The position numbers were made by a program, and so were the translations under genes. From positions 27,996 to 51,995 of the forward strand of contig NZ_PYOM01000021.1 of NCBI RefSeq assembly GCF_003026365.1: a stretch of 24,000 nucleotides of DNA. Reading direction: 5' to 3'. Positions 7,519 through 17,119 of this stretch are shown in pieces; the stretch's first letter is position 1, and the number at the start of each line of letters is the position of its first letter. The stretch comes from Photobacterium angustum. GTDB lineage: Bacteria; Pseudomonadota; Gammaproteobacteria; Enterobacterales; Vibrionaceae. Below the pieces are notes generated by a model. The model saw only the letters and a list, made by a program, of their open reading frames with translations. It was not told the origin of the DNA and ran no database searches.

Positions 7519-7544
7519 GCGGAGCCTAGTGCTCCGCTTTTTTG
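7519..7544 (+). terminator. Intrinsic-terminator-like hairpin between malX and malY
   Basis: GCGGAGC-CTAGT-GCTCCGC has a perfect 7-bp GC-rich stem followed by TTTTTTG. It starts 8 nt after the malX stop and lies 39 nt before the malY ATG. Confidence 0.6.
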
Positions 7545-7582
7545 TTTTGGATAACTGTTTTCGTTTGTTACAAGAGGTTGAT

Positions 7583-8761
7583 ATGTTTGATTTCTCTACT
7601 CCAGTTAACCGATATGGTACCTATTGTACCCAGTGGGATTATGTTGAAGATCGGTTTGGTAAAGCGGATTTATTGCCGTTTACTATTTCTGATATGGATT
7701 TCGCCGTTGCGCCATGTATTGAGAAGGCGTTATCTGAGCGATTAGCACATGGTGTATTTGGCTATAGCCGATGGAATCATGATGATTTTAAATCTGCGAT
7801 CACAGGATGGTTTTCACGCCGCTATCATAGTCCAATCAATCCCGAGCATATTGTGTATGGTCCATCGGTGATTTACATCATTTCGCAATTAGTGATGCAG
7901 TGGACAAAGCAGGGGGAAGGAGTCCTCATTCATACTCCAGCCTATGATGCGTTCGGTAATATGTTAGCGGCTAATGATCGTCTCATGCTAACAAGCCCGT
8001 TGTTAAAAACGGCTGGTGGCAGTTATGAGATTGATTGGGCACAATTTGAAGCACAAGCGGCAAAACCAAACTGTAAAGTGTTGTTACTGTGTAGTCCACA
8101 AAATCCAACTGGACGAGTATGGACACGTGATGAACTCAGCCGTATGGCACAAATCTGTTTGCAACATCAGGTGAAAGTGATCTCCGATGATATCCATATG
8201 GATATGGCATTTAATGATTATATCCCTTGGCCTGAAGTGGCATTAGATGATAATTGGGCGTTGGTTTCTTCAGGATCAAAGTCATTTAATATTCCTGCAC
8301 TAACGGGTGCATATGCGTTTATTGTCGATCAAGCTGTGCGTGAACGGTACCTTACTCAGTTAAAAGCGGCACATGGTTTATCGTCACCGTCGACTTTAGG
8401 CGTAATAGGACATATTGCCGCTTATAACCAAGGTGAAGTATGGCTCGATAGTTTAAAAGACTACCTTCAAGCTAACCTCCGTTATGTCGCAGAGCAATTA
8501 AATCAGGCTTTTCCTGAGTTGAATTACCAAGTGCCTGAGGGGACATATTTAGCGTGGATTGATTTAACGCCATTGAGCGTGGATATGGATGCCCTACAAC
8601 AACGTTTAATTAGTCATTACAAAGTCGCCATTATGCGCGGTGATACCTATGGTCAAGAAGGGCAAGGGTATGTACGTTTGAATGTCGGTTGTCCTCGTAG
8701 CAAAGTAGAAATAGGCATCAAGGCATTGATGAGTGCATTGCATGATCTAAAACATCAATAG
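7583..8761 (+). CDS. malY: PLP-dependent C-S lyase (cystathionine beta-lyase / MalY-like aminotransferase class I/II)
   Basis: MFDFSTPVNRYGTYCTQWDYVEDRFGKADLLPFTISDMDF...HTPAYDAF...LLCSPQNPTG...SGSKSFNIPALTGAY (PLP lysine)...VRLNVGCPRSK is colinear with E. coli MalY. An AAGAGG SD lies 5 nt before the ATG at 7583. The track start at 7517 adds 22 unrelated residues. Confidence 0.9.
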   Translation: MFDFSTPVNRYGTYCTQWDYVEDRFGKADLLPFTISDMDFAVAPCIEKALSERLAHGVFGYSRWNHDDFKSAITGWFSRRYHSPINPEHIVYGPSVIYIISQLVMQWTKQGEGVLIHTPAYDAFGNMLAANDRLMLTSPLLKTAGGSYEIDWAQFEAQAAKPNCKVLLLCSPQNPTGRVWTRDELSRMAQICLQHQVKVISDDIHMDMAFNDYIPWPEVALDDNWALVSSGSKSFNIPALTGAYAFIVDQAVRERYLTQLKAAHGLSSPSTLGVIGHIAAYNQGEVWLDSLKDYLQANLRYVAEQLNQAFPELNYQVPEGTYLAWIDLTPLSVDMDALQQRLISHYKVAIMRGDTYGQEGQGYVRLNVGCPRSKVEIGIKALMSALHDLKHQ

Positions 8762-8785
8762 AGTACTTCTTGTTTTCTAATTAAG

Positions 8786-8815
8786 AAAAGCTTCGCTTCG
8801 GTGGAGCTTTTTTGT
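8786..8815 (+). terminator. Rho-independent terminator with cUUCGg tetraloop (repeat copy B)
   Basis: AAAAGCTTCGC-TTCG-GTGGAGCTTTTTTGT lies 25 nt after the malY stop. It is 29/30 identical to copy A at 4570-4599. Confidence 0.8.
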
Positions 8816-8841
8816 ATCTGTTATTGCCACTCACTTTTAGA

Positions 8842-8857
8842 GATCAAGCGTTTTATC
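8842..8857. promoter_or_regulatory. MalI-type operator-like site upstream of the chemoreceptor gene
   Basis: GATCAAGCGTTTTATC matches GATAAAACGTTTTATC at 14/16 (right half 8/8, left half 6/8). It lies 27 nt downstream of terminator copy B and 210 nt upstream of the MCP ATG. Confidence 0.4.
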
Positions 8858-9066
8858 AATTACGTCTTTATATGATATATAGCGCATATGTTGTATTTAT
8901 AAAAATTATCTGGAGAGAAAGCATTATAGTAACAGTATTTAGCAAGGTTGAGTTCTGGTTAATCACGCCTAACGTGTTGCATTAAGATACTTAGAGCCTA
9001 ATTGATCTTGTCGTTATAGCGAAACTATTTCATGACTAAACGTAATAAGTAGGATAGGGAGGTTCT

Positions 9067-10704
9067 ATGAATCTATCGTTAACACATGCATCTATTAGTA
9101 CCAAAGCCTGGATAATATGGCTGTTCTTTGCCATCGGTCTTATTTCTATTGCTGCATTAAATATTTCCTCAACTAATCAACATATGCGAGCTAATTATGA
9201 GAGAGGTATTAAGCAAATAGTAGAAGGGGCGGTAGGAGTGGTTAATTACTATCATGAACTTAGCTCCAATGGCACATTGAGCGAAGAAGAAGCGCAAAAA
9301 CAGGCTTTAGCTGCAATTAATGCAATGCGTTTTGATGGCGGAAATTATATTTTTGCGGGAAATAGGGAAGGCTATCAAATAGCGACCCGCTTTGATGAAA
9401 TGATGGGAACTGACATTCTGTCACTAAAAGACGGTAATGGACGACGATTCGTCGAAGAGCTTTACAGTGTCGGTAAGCAAGGTGGTGGTTTTGTTGATTA
9501 TATGTGGAAGTCATCGTCAGATCCTAACCAACTGATTTTAAAAACGAGCTATGCTGATTATTTTCATCCTTGGGGCTGGATGATTGGCGCAGGAATGAAT
9601 ATCAAAGCTTTAAACCAAGAGATTCAAGCCAGCCAATTGCTATCGTTTGTGAACGTTGCTGTTATTTTGGCAATACTATCATTATTGATGGCGTATTTTA
9701 TTCGTAGCATTACTTTGCCAATTAAAAAAACCGTTGCTGCGATGCGTGACCTATCAACGGGTGAAGGTGATTTAACTCAGCGCCTTACAGAAGAGGGCGG
9801 CCCTGAATTAACGGCACTTGCGAAACATTTTAATCGCTTTGTTATTTCTATTCAGACCATTATCCACAATATTAGTGATGCAGGCTCACAACTGACTCAC
9901 TCTTCGCGTTGTTTATCACAGTCAGTGTTATCGATGGATAGTAATTTAAATCAACAGAAAGAAGACACGGATCAACTCGTGGGGTCAATGGGGGAAATGC
10001 TAACCGCGGTTGAAGAGATTGCAGGTAGAACCGTTGATGCCACTGATTTTAGTGTTAAAGCGGCGAAACAAACAGAAGCCAGTAAAGTGATTATTCAACG
10101 CAATATTGAAGAGTCACAATTGCTCGCATTAGATATTGGTGAAGCCAGTAAAGTAATCACCCAACTTGCAACAGATAGCCGCAATGTCGATACCGTATTG
10201 GAAGTAATACGTGGCATTGCAGAGCAGACCAACTTATTAGCGTTAAATGCTGCGATAGAGGCTGCAAGAGCAGGCGATGCAGGGCGAGGCTTTGCTGTTG
10301 TTGCTGATGAAGTTCGCACGTTATCACAGCGCACACAAGAGTCGACGATTGAAATTCAAACCATTATTGAAAAATTACAACAAGGTGCGGAGCAAGCGGT
10401 TGGTGTCATGAATCAGGGGGCTGAAAAAGCCCAGAATGCGTCAAAGATTTCTGAGTCGGCAGGGGAAGCGTTGAATTTAATTGTTGAAGAGGTTCATGCG
10501 ATACAAGGGATGAATCAGCAGATCTCAGCCGCAACAGAGCAGCAATCTTTAACCGTTAATAGTATTAATCAAAATGTGGCAAGTTTGAATGATAGCTCGA
10601 TATCATTGTCGACTGAATCTAATCAGATGTCGTCATCGAGTGAAGAGCTTAATCAAATTTCGGAAGATCTGATGGTGACGATTCAGCGTTTTAAACTGCA
10701 TTAA
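9067..10704 (+). CDS. Methyl-accepting chemotaxis protein with single-Cache (sCache_2-like) periplasmic sensor
   Basis: 545 aa. It has an N-terminal TM helix and a ~150-aa periplasmic region with Cache-type motifs ([14 protein letters not shown]...[13 protein letters not shown]...[11 protein letters not shown]...[19 protein letters not shown]). A second TM helix, a HAMP domain and the conserved signalling hairpin ([38 protein letters not shown]) follow. A GGGAGG SD lies 4 nt before the ATG. Confidence 0.92.
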   Translation: MNLSLTHASISTKAWIIWLFFAIGLISIAALNISSTNQHMRANYERGIKQIVEGAVGVVNYYHELSSNGTLSEEEAQKQALAAINAMRFDGGNYIFAGNREGYQIATRFDEMMGTDILSLKDGNGRRFVEELYSVGKQGGGFVDYMWKSSSDPNQLILKTSYADYFHPWGWMIGAGMNIKALNQEIQASQLLSFVNVAVILAILSLLMAYFIRSITLPIKKTVAAMRDLSTGEGDLTQRLTEEGGPELTALAKHFNRFVISIQTIIHNISDAGSQLTHSSRCLSQSVLSMDSNLNQQKEDTDQLVGSMGEMLTAVEEIAGRTVDATDFSVKAAKQTEASKVIIQRNIEESQLLALDIGEASKVITQLATDSRNVDTVLEVIRGIAEQTNLLALNAAIEAARAGDAGRGFAVVADEVRTLSQRTQESTIEIQTIIEKLQQGAEQAVGVMNQGAEKAQNASKISESAGEALNLIVEEVHAIQGMNQQISAATEQQSLTVNSINQNVASLNDSSISLSTESNQMSSSSEELNQISEDLMVTIQRFKLH

Positions 10705-10755
10705 AGCAGGGCTATTGTGTTTTATCTAGCATAACAGTATCGAATAGCAGCCAAT

Positions 10756-10793
10756 AAAAAAGCCATGCCTGAAAACACAGGAATGGCTTTTTT
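10756..10793. terminator. Bidirectional rho-independent terminator between the MCP gene and fis
   Basis: AAAAAAGCCATGCCTG-AAAACA-CAGGAATGGCTTTTTT has a long stem with one mismatch, an A-run 5' and a T-run 3'. It sits between convergent stops (10704 and 10817). Confidence 0.75.
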
Positions 10794-10816
10794 ATCAATA
10801 ATTTAAACTAAATGTA

Positions 10817-11113
10817 TTAGTTCATGCCGTATTTTTTAAGCTTCTTACGTAGCGTACCACGGTTGATACCCATCATGGTAGCAGCGCGAGTTTGGTTACC
10901 GCGAGTGTACTGCATGATAGTGTCTAATAGTGGTTGTTCAACTTCTGCAAGCACAAGCTCGTACAGATCGTCGACTTCCTGACCATTTAATTGAGCAAGG
11001 TAGTTTTTAAGGGATGCCTTCACTGAATCACGTAATGGTTTCTGTGTGATTTGGTCTTGTGAAGTTACAGTTGTTACTGTTAACGCTTCGGAAGTCAGAT
11101 TTTGTTCGAACAT
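10817..11113 (-). CDS. fis: Nucleoid-associated DNA-binding protein Fis
   Basis: 98 aa. The C-terminal two-thirds (QKPLRDSVK...[46 protein letters not shown]) is nearly identical to E. coli Fis. Confidence 0.98.
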   Translation of the reverse strand: MFEQNLTSEALTVTTVTSQDQITQKPLRDSVKASLKNYLAQLNGQEVDDLYELVLAEVEQPLLDTIMQYTRGNQTRAATMMGINRGTLRKKLKKYGMN

Positions 11114-11136
11114 AATTCTGTAAGCTCTTCTAGTAT

Positions 11137-12102
11137 TTATGCAACGTTTTCGAAGTAGCCTTGCAGCGCATCAAGTTGCTGTTGAGCATCCTCGAGTGCG
11201 TTGAAGGTCTGGCGGAAATCACCGGCTGGTGCATGTTCTTTCAAGTACCAAGACACGTGTTTACGTGCAATGCGCAGTCCTAGGTATTCACCGTAGAACT
11301 GGTGGAGTTCTTGAACATGTCCCAACATGATTTCACTGATCTCATCAATTGATGGAGCAGCGAGGTGTTCACCAGTTGTTAAGTAATGGTGGATCTCTCT
11401 AAAAATCCACGGCTTCCCTTGTGCAGGTCGGCCAATCATTAGAGCATCGGCACCCGTATAATCGAGTACAAAGCGTGCTTTTTCCGGGCTATCGATATCA
11501 CCGTTAGCGATAACTGGGATCGAGATGGCTTGTTTCACCGCTCTAATGTAGTCATATTCCGCTTCACCTTTGTACATACATGCCTTGGTACGTCCGTGAA
11601 GGGCGAGGGCCTGTATGCCGCATTGCTCGGCGAGTTTGGCTATGTCGACACAGTTTCTATTTTCCAGATCCCAACCAGTACGGGTTTTAAGCGTAACTGG
11701 GACATCTACCGCATCCACCACAGAGCGAAGAATGTCTTCGATAAGGTTGGGGTATTGCAGTAGCGCAGAACCGGCTAATCGTTTGTTTACTTTCTTTGCT
11801 GGGCATCCCATGTTGATATCGATGATTTGCGCACCGTTTTCAACACTGAACTGTGCAGCTTCAGCCATCAACTTTGGATCAGCACCTGCTATCTGAACCG
11901 AACGAATACCTGATTCACCTTCGTGAACCATACGATTGAGCGATTTAGACGTCTTCCAGAGATCTGGGTTCGACGACATCATCTCGCTAACAGCCATACC
12001 TGCACCGTAGCGAAGGCATAACTCACGAAATGGCCGATCGGTCACACCCGCCATAGGCGCGACTATCAGCTGGTTTTTAAGTTGATAAGGACCGATTTGC
12101 AA
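11137..12102 (-). CDS. dusB: tRNA-dihydrouridine synthase B
   Basis: (M)[28 protein letters not shown]...[11 protein letters not shown]...HGRT...ANGDI is colinear with E. coli DusB (321 aa). The TTG at 12102 gives 321 aa. The track start (TTG 12222) and the ATG at 12183 add residues with no homology and overlap a stringent-type promoter. The gene sits upstream of fis, as in the dusB-fis operon. Confidence 0.88.
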   Translation of the reverse strand: MQIGPYQLKNQLIVAPMAGVTDRPFRELCLRYGAGMAVSEMMSSNPDLWKTSKSLNRMVHEGESGIRSVQIAGADPKLMAEAAQFSVENGAQIIDINMGCPAKKVNKRLAGSALLQYPNLIEDILRSVVDAVDVPVTLKTRTGWDLENRNCVDIAKLAEQCGIQALALHGRTKACMYKGEAEYDYIRAVKQAISIPVIANGDIDSPEKARFVLDYTGADALMIGRPAQGKPWIFREIHHYLTTGEHLAAPSIDEISEIMLGHVQELHQFYGEYLGLRIARKHVSWYLKEHAPAGDFRQTFNALEDAQQQLDALQGYFENVA

Positions 12103-12129
12103 AATGTCTCTACCTGACTGTGCCAGTAA

Positions 12130-12166
12130 GGGCGCGCATTTTACGCATTTTTTGCTCTGCTGAAAA
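12130..12166 (-). promoter_or_regulatory. Candidate dusB-fis operon promoter with GC-rich discriminator
   Basis: On the minus strand: TTTTCA (complement of 12161-12166), a 17-nt spacer, TAAAAT (complement of 12138-12143), then GCGCGCCC. A GC-rich discriminator after the -10 is characteristic of the growth-rate/stringently controlled fis promoter in E. coli. Confidence 0.5.
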
Positions 12167-12278
12167 GGCCAATAATTGAGCATGATGATTTTGTTTGCCA
12201 AAATCGTATGATTTTCAATCAATTGACCGATTAAATTTATAAATAAAAATCAGCAATAGCACCCAAAACTTAGTGTGA

Positions 12279-13163
12279 TTATGCCTTACGGCCCGAGATG
12301 CGACACCACTCTTCACGTGCCATTACTGGGTCTAAAGCCAGTTCATCACCGTAGTAGGTTGACACATCAGCCGCTTGGCTTTCTAGTACACCAGAGATCG
12401 CTAAGTCGCCACCGTCTTTAACAAGGCTCTTGATCACTGGTGATAGTTCACGCAGTGGGCCTGCAAGGATGTTAGCAACCACAACCTCTGCTTGAATACC
12501 TTGAGGCTGGTCTTGTGGTAGGTATAGTTCTAGATTGTCAGACACACCGTTACGCTCTGCGTTATCACGTGACGCTAAGATAGCTTGTGGGTCGATATCA
12601 ATACCAATAACTTTTGCAGCGCCAAGTTTTAGTGCTGCGATAGCTAAGATGCCTGAACCACAACCAAAATCGATAACTGTTTTACCCGTTAGGTCTTGGC
12701 TGTCTAACCACTCAAGACAAAGTGATGTCGTTGGGTGAGTACCTGTACCAAATGCTAGACCTGGGTCTAATAGTACGTTTACCGCATCGGGTTCTGGCGC
12801 TTCACGCCAGCTTGGGCAGATCCATAGGCGACGACCGAAACGCATTGGGTGGAAGTTGTCCATCCACTCACGTTCCCAGTCTTTATCCTCTAACTGCTCG
12901 ATTTTATAAGCAAAATCATCAGCAATTAATGGGCTGTTTTTAAGCATGTTCAGCACGAAATCCATGTCGGCTTCAGCATCATACAAACCAATTACATCGG
13001 TATCACCCCATAGGCGGGTTTCACCTGGCATAGGCTCGAAAACTGGCGTGTCTTGTGCGTCTAGGAAGGTGACAGACAGAGCACCAGTCTCTTCCATTAG
13101 CATGTCGCCAATTGCTTCTGCGCTCTCTGCAGTTGCGTTCAGTTTAATTTGAATCCAAGGCAT
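12279..13163 (-). CDS. prmA: Ribosomal protein L11 methyltransferase
   Basis: 294 aa. [11 protein letters not shown]...[24 protein letters not shown]...[15 protein letters not shown]...[15 protein letters not shown] is colinear with E. coli PrmA and includes the SAM-binding motif. Confidence 0.96.
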   Translation of the reverse strand: MPWIQIKLNATAESAEAIGDMLMEETGALSVTFLDAQDTPVFEPMPGETRLWGDTDVIGLYDAEADMDFVLNMLKNSPLIADDFAYKIEQLEDKDWEREWMDNFHPMRFGRRLWICPSWREAPEPDAVNVLLDPGLAFGTGTHPTTSLCLEWLDSQDLTGKTVIDFGCGSGILAIAALKLGAAKVIGIDIDPQAILASRDNAERNGVSDNLELYLPQDQPQGIQAEVVVANILAGPLRELSPVIKSLVKDGGDLAISGVLESQAADVSTYYGDELALDPVMAREEWCRISGRKA

Positions 13164-13258
13164 GGTTTATTCGCTTATTTTGTGACTACTTGAACATAGG
13201 GGGCGAAGTCTAGCATGAAATTTCACCAATCCCCATTATCAGATGCCATTCTAGGGAT

Positions 13259-13288
13259 AAAAAAAAGATAGTACCGACTGGTACTATC
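13259..13288 (-). terminator. Rho-independent terminator downstream of panF
   Basis: The minus strand reads GATAGTACC-AGTC-GGTACTATC followed by TTTTTTTT. The 9-bp stem is perfect and lies 39 nt past the panF stop. Confidence 0.75.
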
Positions 13289-13326
13289 TTTAATCTAGTG
13301 GATTATTTAGCGTGATATAGCCGATT

Positions 13327-14784
13327 TTAGTCGCTTAATTGCGGTGTTTCTACTTTTGTTGGTTTGGCATAGCTACCAACGACAAAAGCGATCAAACCTA
13401 ATAAAAGCGTTGGCACAATTGCGTGAACGCCATTCATATCGGGCTTACTAAATGACAAAATAATGTAGCTACTCAAGCCGACGATCATGGAAGCAAAAGC
13501 ACCGGTTGCGGAGGCTTTTTTCCAATATAAGCCGAGTACCAGAGGCCACAAAAATACGGCTTGTAAGCTACCAAAGGCTAATAGGTTAAGCCAAATGATC
13601 ATGTCGGGCGGATTCATCGCAGCGATAAATACTAAACCTGAGAAAATTCCTGTTACCCATAGTGACAATTTAGGCAGGCGTTTTTCTGCGTGTTCATTAT
13701 TGGCAATGCTTGGATTGATATAGTTGATATATAAATCTTTGAGTAGTGTTGCTGAAGCTTGAATGAGTTGTGAGTCGATAGTCGACATAATCGCCGCCAT
13801 TGGGCCTGCCAGAAACACACCGGCTACAACTGGTGGTAATACGGTTACCATAAGAGTTGGCATGATCTGATCGGGGCTAGCGATATCAGGCACGATAGCA
13901 CGGCCTAATGCGCCTGCTAAGTGCATACCAAACATCAGTAGCGCCACCATGATGGTACTGAGTACCATGCCTTTGTGCAGTGAATTACTGTCTTTATAAG
14001 ACATACAACGTACCGCAGCATGCGGAAGACCAATAACACCAAAACAGACCAAAATCCAAAAACTCAACATAAAGGGCTGACTCAGGAAATGATTTGGACC
14101 GTAAGGGGTAATTAATGCCGGATCAATATCGTGAAGCTTGGTAACTAATGCGCCGATACTTCCGCCGGCATGCACGATCCCAACCAGTAACGCAATGGTA
14201 CCGATGATCATCATTAAGCCCTGTAAAGTATCAGTCATCACAACAGCACGAAAGCCACCAATAGTAGTGTATAGGCCTACGGTGATCGCAAAGATCATTA
14301 AGCCATGCATATACGATAAGCCTGTCACGGTTTGAAGCAGACGTGCACCACCGACAAACTGTACGACCATGGTGCCAAAGAAGGCGATCAGTAGTGACAG
14401 TGAAGCAAAAATGACGACACCACGATTTTTATAGCGAGCATAAAGGATGTCATTAAGGGTTAATGCGTTATGACGTCTCGCTTCGATGGCAAATTTCTTA
14501 CCGAGTACACCAAGGGTTAGCCATGCTGCGGGTAACTGGATCATCGCAAGTAATACCCAGCCTAAGCCCATTTTATAGGCAGCCCCTGGGCCACCAATAA
14601 AGGTGCTGGCGCTGGCGTAAGTGGCTGCAAGGGTCATCGCAAGGACAAAACCGCCCATGCTACGCCCACCGACTAGGTACTCGGTAAGAAAGTTTCCTTT
14701 GCTTTGAAAGCGTCGGGTATAAAGTGCCATCGCAAAGACTGCGGCAAGGTACAGTACGATAGGAATAATGAGTTGGCTATTCAT
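13327..14784 (-). CDS. panF: Sodium/pantothenate symporter (SSS family)
   Basis: 485 aa. FLTEYLVGGRSMGGFVLAMTLAATYASASTFIGGPGAAYKMGLGWVLLAMIQLPA...GLPHAAVRCMSYKDS...IIWLNLLAFG is colinear with E. coli PanF. Confidence 0.93.
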   Translation of the reverse strand: MNSQLIIPIVLYLAAVFAMALYTRRFQSKGNFLTEYLVGGRSMGGFVLAMTLAATYASASTFIGGPGAAYKMGLGWVLLAMIQLPAAWLTLGVLGKKFAIEARRHNALTLNDILYARYKNRGVVIFASLSLLIAFFGTMVVQFVGGARLLQTVTGLSYMHGLMIFAITVGLYTTIGGFRAVVMTDTLQGLMMIIGTIALLVGIVHAGGSIGALVTKLHDIDPALITPYGPNHFLSQPFMLSFWILVCFGVIGLPHAAVRCMSYKDSNSLHKGMVLSTIMVALLMFGMHLAGALGRAIVPDIASPDQIMPTLMVTVLPPVVAGVFLAGPMAAIMSTIDSQLIQASATLLKDLYINYINPSIANNEHAEKRLPKLSLWVTGIFSGLVFIAAMNPPDMIIWLNLLAFGSLQAVFLWPLVLGLYWKKASATGAFASMIVGLSSYIILSFSKPDMNGVHAIVPTLLLGLIAFVVGSYAKPTKVETPQLSD

Positions 14785-15058
14785 GGGGGTCTTCGTGGTT
14801 AATATCTAAAGGAAGATCTCGGTAGACGACTTTGACCATGACACCGCACATGACGGTAAAAATGATCGGGCCGACAATGCATGACATCAAGAACCAGAGT
14901 GGAAAGCCAAAATATAGGGTTGGCATGCTTAGATCACCGATGGCGGGCGCTAAGCCGTAGGCGGATAGGTACCACCAAAGAAAATAAGCTAACGCTAGTC
15001 CTATCGCCCAACGTGCCTCTTTATGGGCTTGGCGATAGCGTGCTGAGAGCGTTTTCAT
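14777..15058 (-). CDS. yhdT: Small inner-membrane protein YhdT family (DUF997), PanF-associated
   Basis: MKTLSARYRQAHKEARWAIGLALAYF...GFPLWF...VKVVYRDLPL matches E. coli YhdT (..RFVQAHKEARWALGL...GFPRWF...VKFIYRDIPL). A GGAGA SD lies 6 nt before the ATG at 15058; the track start at 15127 is an extension. The stop overlaps the panF start by 8 nt, which fits translational coupling. Confidence 0.8.
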   Translation of the reverse strand: MKTLSARYRQAHKEARWAIGLALAYFLWWYLSAYGLAPAIGDLSMPTLYFGFPLWFLMSCIVGPIIFTVMCGVMVKVVYRDLPLDINHEDPHE

Positions 15059-15205
15059 GCTGTATCTCCAGTTGTTATCAAGTGTTTTCCTACTCAATAC
15101 AGTGTAGTAACTAGTAGGGTTGGTCAAAAAGGTTGGCTATTGTGGCAAAAGATACTGTGTTATGCCATGTGAACCGATCAATCGAGGTGAATTGAGATTG
15201 TGTAT

Positions 15206-15233
15206 AAATAAAAAAGACTACCCTAAGGTAGCC
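15206..15233 (-). terminator. Rho-independent terminator downstream of accC
   Basis: The minus-strand RNA forms GGCUACC-UUAG-GGUAGUC (one G-U pair) followed by UUUUUUAUUU. It lies 23 nt past the accC stop. Confidence 0.65.
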
Positions 15234-15255
15234 TTTTATCGTCAAGCAGGTGTGC

Positions 15256-16599
15256 TTATTGCAGACCGAGTTTCTTCTCAAGGTAGTGGATGTTTGCACC
15301 ACCTTTTTGGAAGTTCTCGTCAGCCATAATATCTTGCTGAAGCGGAACGTTGGTTTTAATGCCGTCGATGATCATTTCGCTCAATGCATTACGCATACGA
15401 GAAATAGCTACATCACGATTTTCACCGTACGCAATTAACTTACCGATCATTGAATCGTAGTAAGGCGGTACTGTGTAACCTGAATAGATGTGTGATTCCC
15501 AGCGAATACCCATACCACCTGGCGCATGGAAACGCTCGATAGTACCTGGACAAGGTAGGAAACGCTCTGGATCTTCAGCATTAATACGACATTCGATAGC
15601 ATGGCCACGAATTTGAATATCACTTTGGCTAAATGACAGCGGTTGACCTGCGGCAATACGTAGCTGCTCTTTGATCAAGTCAACGCCTGTTACCATTTCG
15701 GTTACAGGGTGCTCAACCTGAATACGGGTGTTCATTTCAATGAAGTAGAACTCACCGTTTTCGTAAAGGAATTCGAATGTACCTGCGCCACGGTAATTGA
15801 TTTCTAAACATGCACGTGTACAACGCTCACCGATGTACTTACGCATTTCTTCGGTAATGCCCGGTGCTGGTGCTTCTTCAACCACTTTCTGGTGACGACG
15901 CTGCATCGAACAGTCACGTTCACCTAAATGAATAGCGCCACCTTGACCATCAGCTAAGACTTGAACTTCAATGTGACGTGGGTTTTCAAGGTATTTCTCC
16001 ATGTAAACCATGTCGTTATTGAAACAAGATTTTGCTTCAGCTCGGGTCATTGCGATCGCTTCAGTCAATTCTTCTTCTGAACGAACCACACGCATACCAC
16101 GACCACCGCCGCCACCAGAGGCTTTGATGATCACAGGATAACCGATACGTTTAGCAAAAGATTTGTTCTTTGCTTCATCGTCATCAAGTGGGCCGTCAGA
16201 GCCAGGAACACAAGGTACGCCTGCTTTTTTCATTGCCGTAATAGCAGAAACTTTATCGCCCATTAGACGAATAGTGTCAGCTTTTGGACCTACGAATATA
16301 AAGCCTGAACGCTCAACTTGCTCTGCGAAGTCAGCATTTTCAGAAAGGAAACCGTAGCCTGGGTGGATAGCGACTGCCCCTGTAATTTCAGCAGCACTGA
16401 TAATACGAGGAATATTTAAGTAGCTATCGATACCGCGTGCAGGACCAATACATACTGACTCGTCAGCAAGTAGAACGTGCTTAAGATCGCGGTCAGCAGT
16501 TGAGTGAACCGCAACTGTTTTAATCCCTAGCTCTTTACAAGCGCGCAAGATACGAAGTGCAATTTCACCTCGGTTTGCAATTACTAATTTATCTAACAT
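15256..16599 (-). CDS. accC: Acetyl-CoA carboxylase, biotin carboxylase subunit
   Basis: 447 aa. [42 protein letters not shown]... is near-identical in the N-terminus and ATP-grasp core to E. coli AccC. Confidence 0.98.
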   Translation of the reverse strand: MLDKLVIANRGEIALRILRACKELGIKTVAVHSTADRDLKHVLLADESVCIGPARGIDSYLNIPRIISAAEITGAVAIHPGYGFLSENADFAEQVERSGFIFVGPKADTIRLMGDKVSAITAMKKAGVPCVPGSDGPLDDDEAKNKSFAKRIGYPVIIKASGGGGGRGMRVVRSEEELTEAIAMTRAEAKSCFNNDMVYMEKYLENPRHIEVQVLADGQGGAIHLGERDCSMQRRHQKVVEEAPAPGITEEMRKYIGERCTRACLEINYRGAGTFEFLYENGEFYFIEMNTRIQVEHPVTEMVTGVDLIKEQLRIAAGQPLSFSQSDIQIRGHAIECRINAEDPERFLPCPGTIERFHAPGGMGIRWESHIYSGYTVPPYYDSMIGKLIAYGENRDVAISRMRNALSEMIIDGIKTNVPLQQDIMADENFQKGGANIHYLEKKLGLQ

Positions 16600-16613
16600 A
16601 GCCAGAGCCTCGA

Positions 16614-17093
16614 TTACTCGATGATGATAAGAGGCTGATCGAATTCAATCGCATCGCCGTCTTCTGCAAGAATAGCGACAATTTTACCGGCTTTGTCAGC
16701 TTGGATTTGGTTCATCATTTTCATCGCTTCAACGATACATAGTGTGTCGCCGATATTCACCGATTGACCAACTTCAACAAATGATTTTGCTTCAGGGCTT
16801 GGAGAGCGGTAGAAAGTACCAACCATAGGTGAAAGCACAGAGTGACCTGATGCAACAGGTGCTGGTGCTTCAGTTGTCGTCACAGGTGCTGCAGTAACAG
16901 CGGCTGGTGCTTCTGCAGGTGCAGTTGGCATAGGTTGTTGTGCCATTGGCGCTGCCATGTATTGTTGTGGCATTGCTGTTGCTGGAACGCTACGGCTGAT
17001 GCGTACTGATTCTTCACCTTCAGAGATTTCTAGCTCAGCGATGCCTGATTCTTCTACAAGCTCAATTAGCTTCTTGATTTTACGAATATCCAT
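16614..17093 (-). CDS. accB: Acetyl-CoA carboxylase, biotin carboxyl carrier protein
   Basis: 159 aa. [33 protein letters not shown] is followed by an Ala/Pro-rich linker and the biotinyl domain with the EAMKMMN motif. Confidence 0.96.
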   Translation of the reverse strand: MDIRKIKKLIELVEESGIAELEISEGEESVRISRSVPATAMPQQYMAAPMAQQPMPTAPAEAPAAVTAAPVTTTEAPAPVASGHSVLSPMVGTFYRSPSPEAKSFVEVGQSVNIGDTLCIVEAMKMMNQIQADKAGKIVAILAEDGDAIEFDQPLIIIE

Positions 17094-17119
17094 TTATATT
17101 TCTCTTTTATATTGTTCAG

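Noticed and set aside
8872-8985. 37-codon ORF in the AT-rich region upstream of the chemoreceptor gene
   Set aside because: It has no SD, a hydrophobic low-complexity translation and lies in a promoter region. It is most likely fortuitous.
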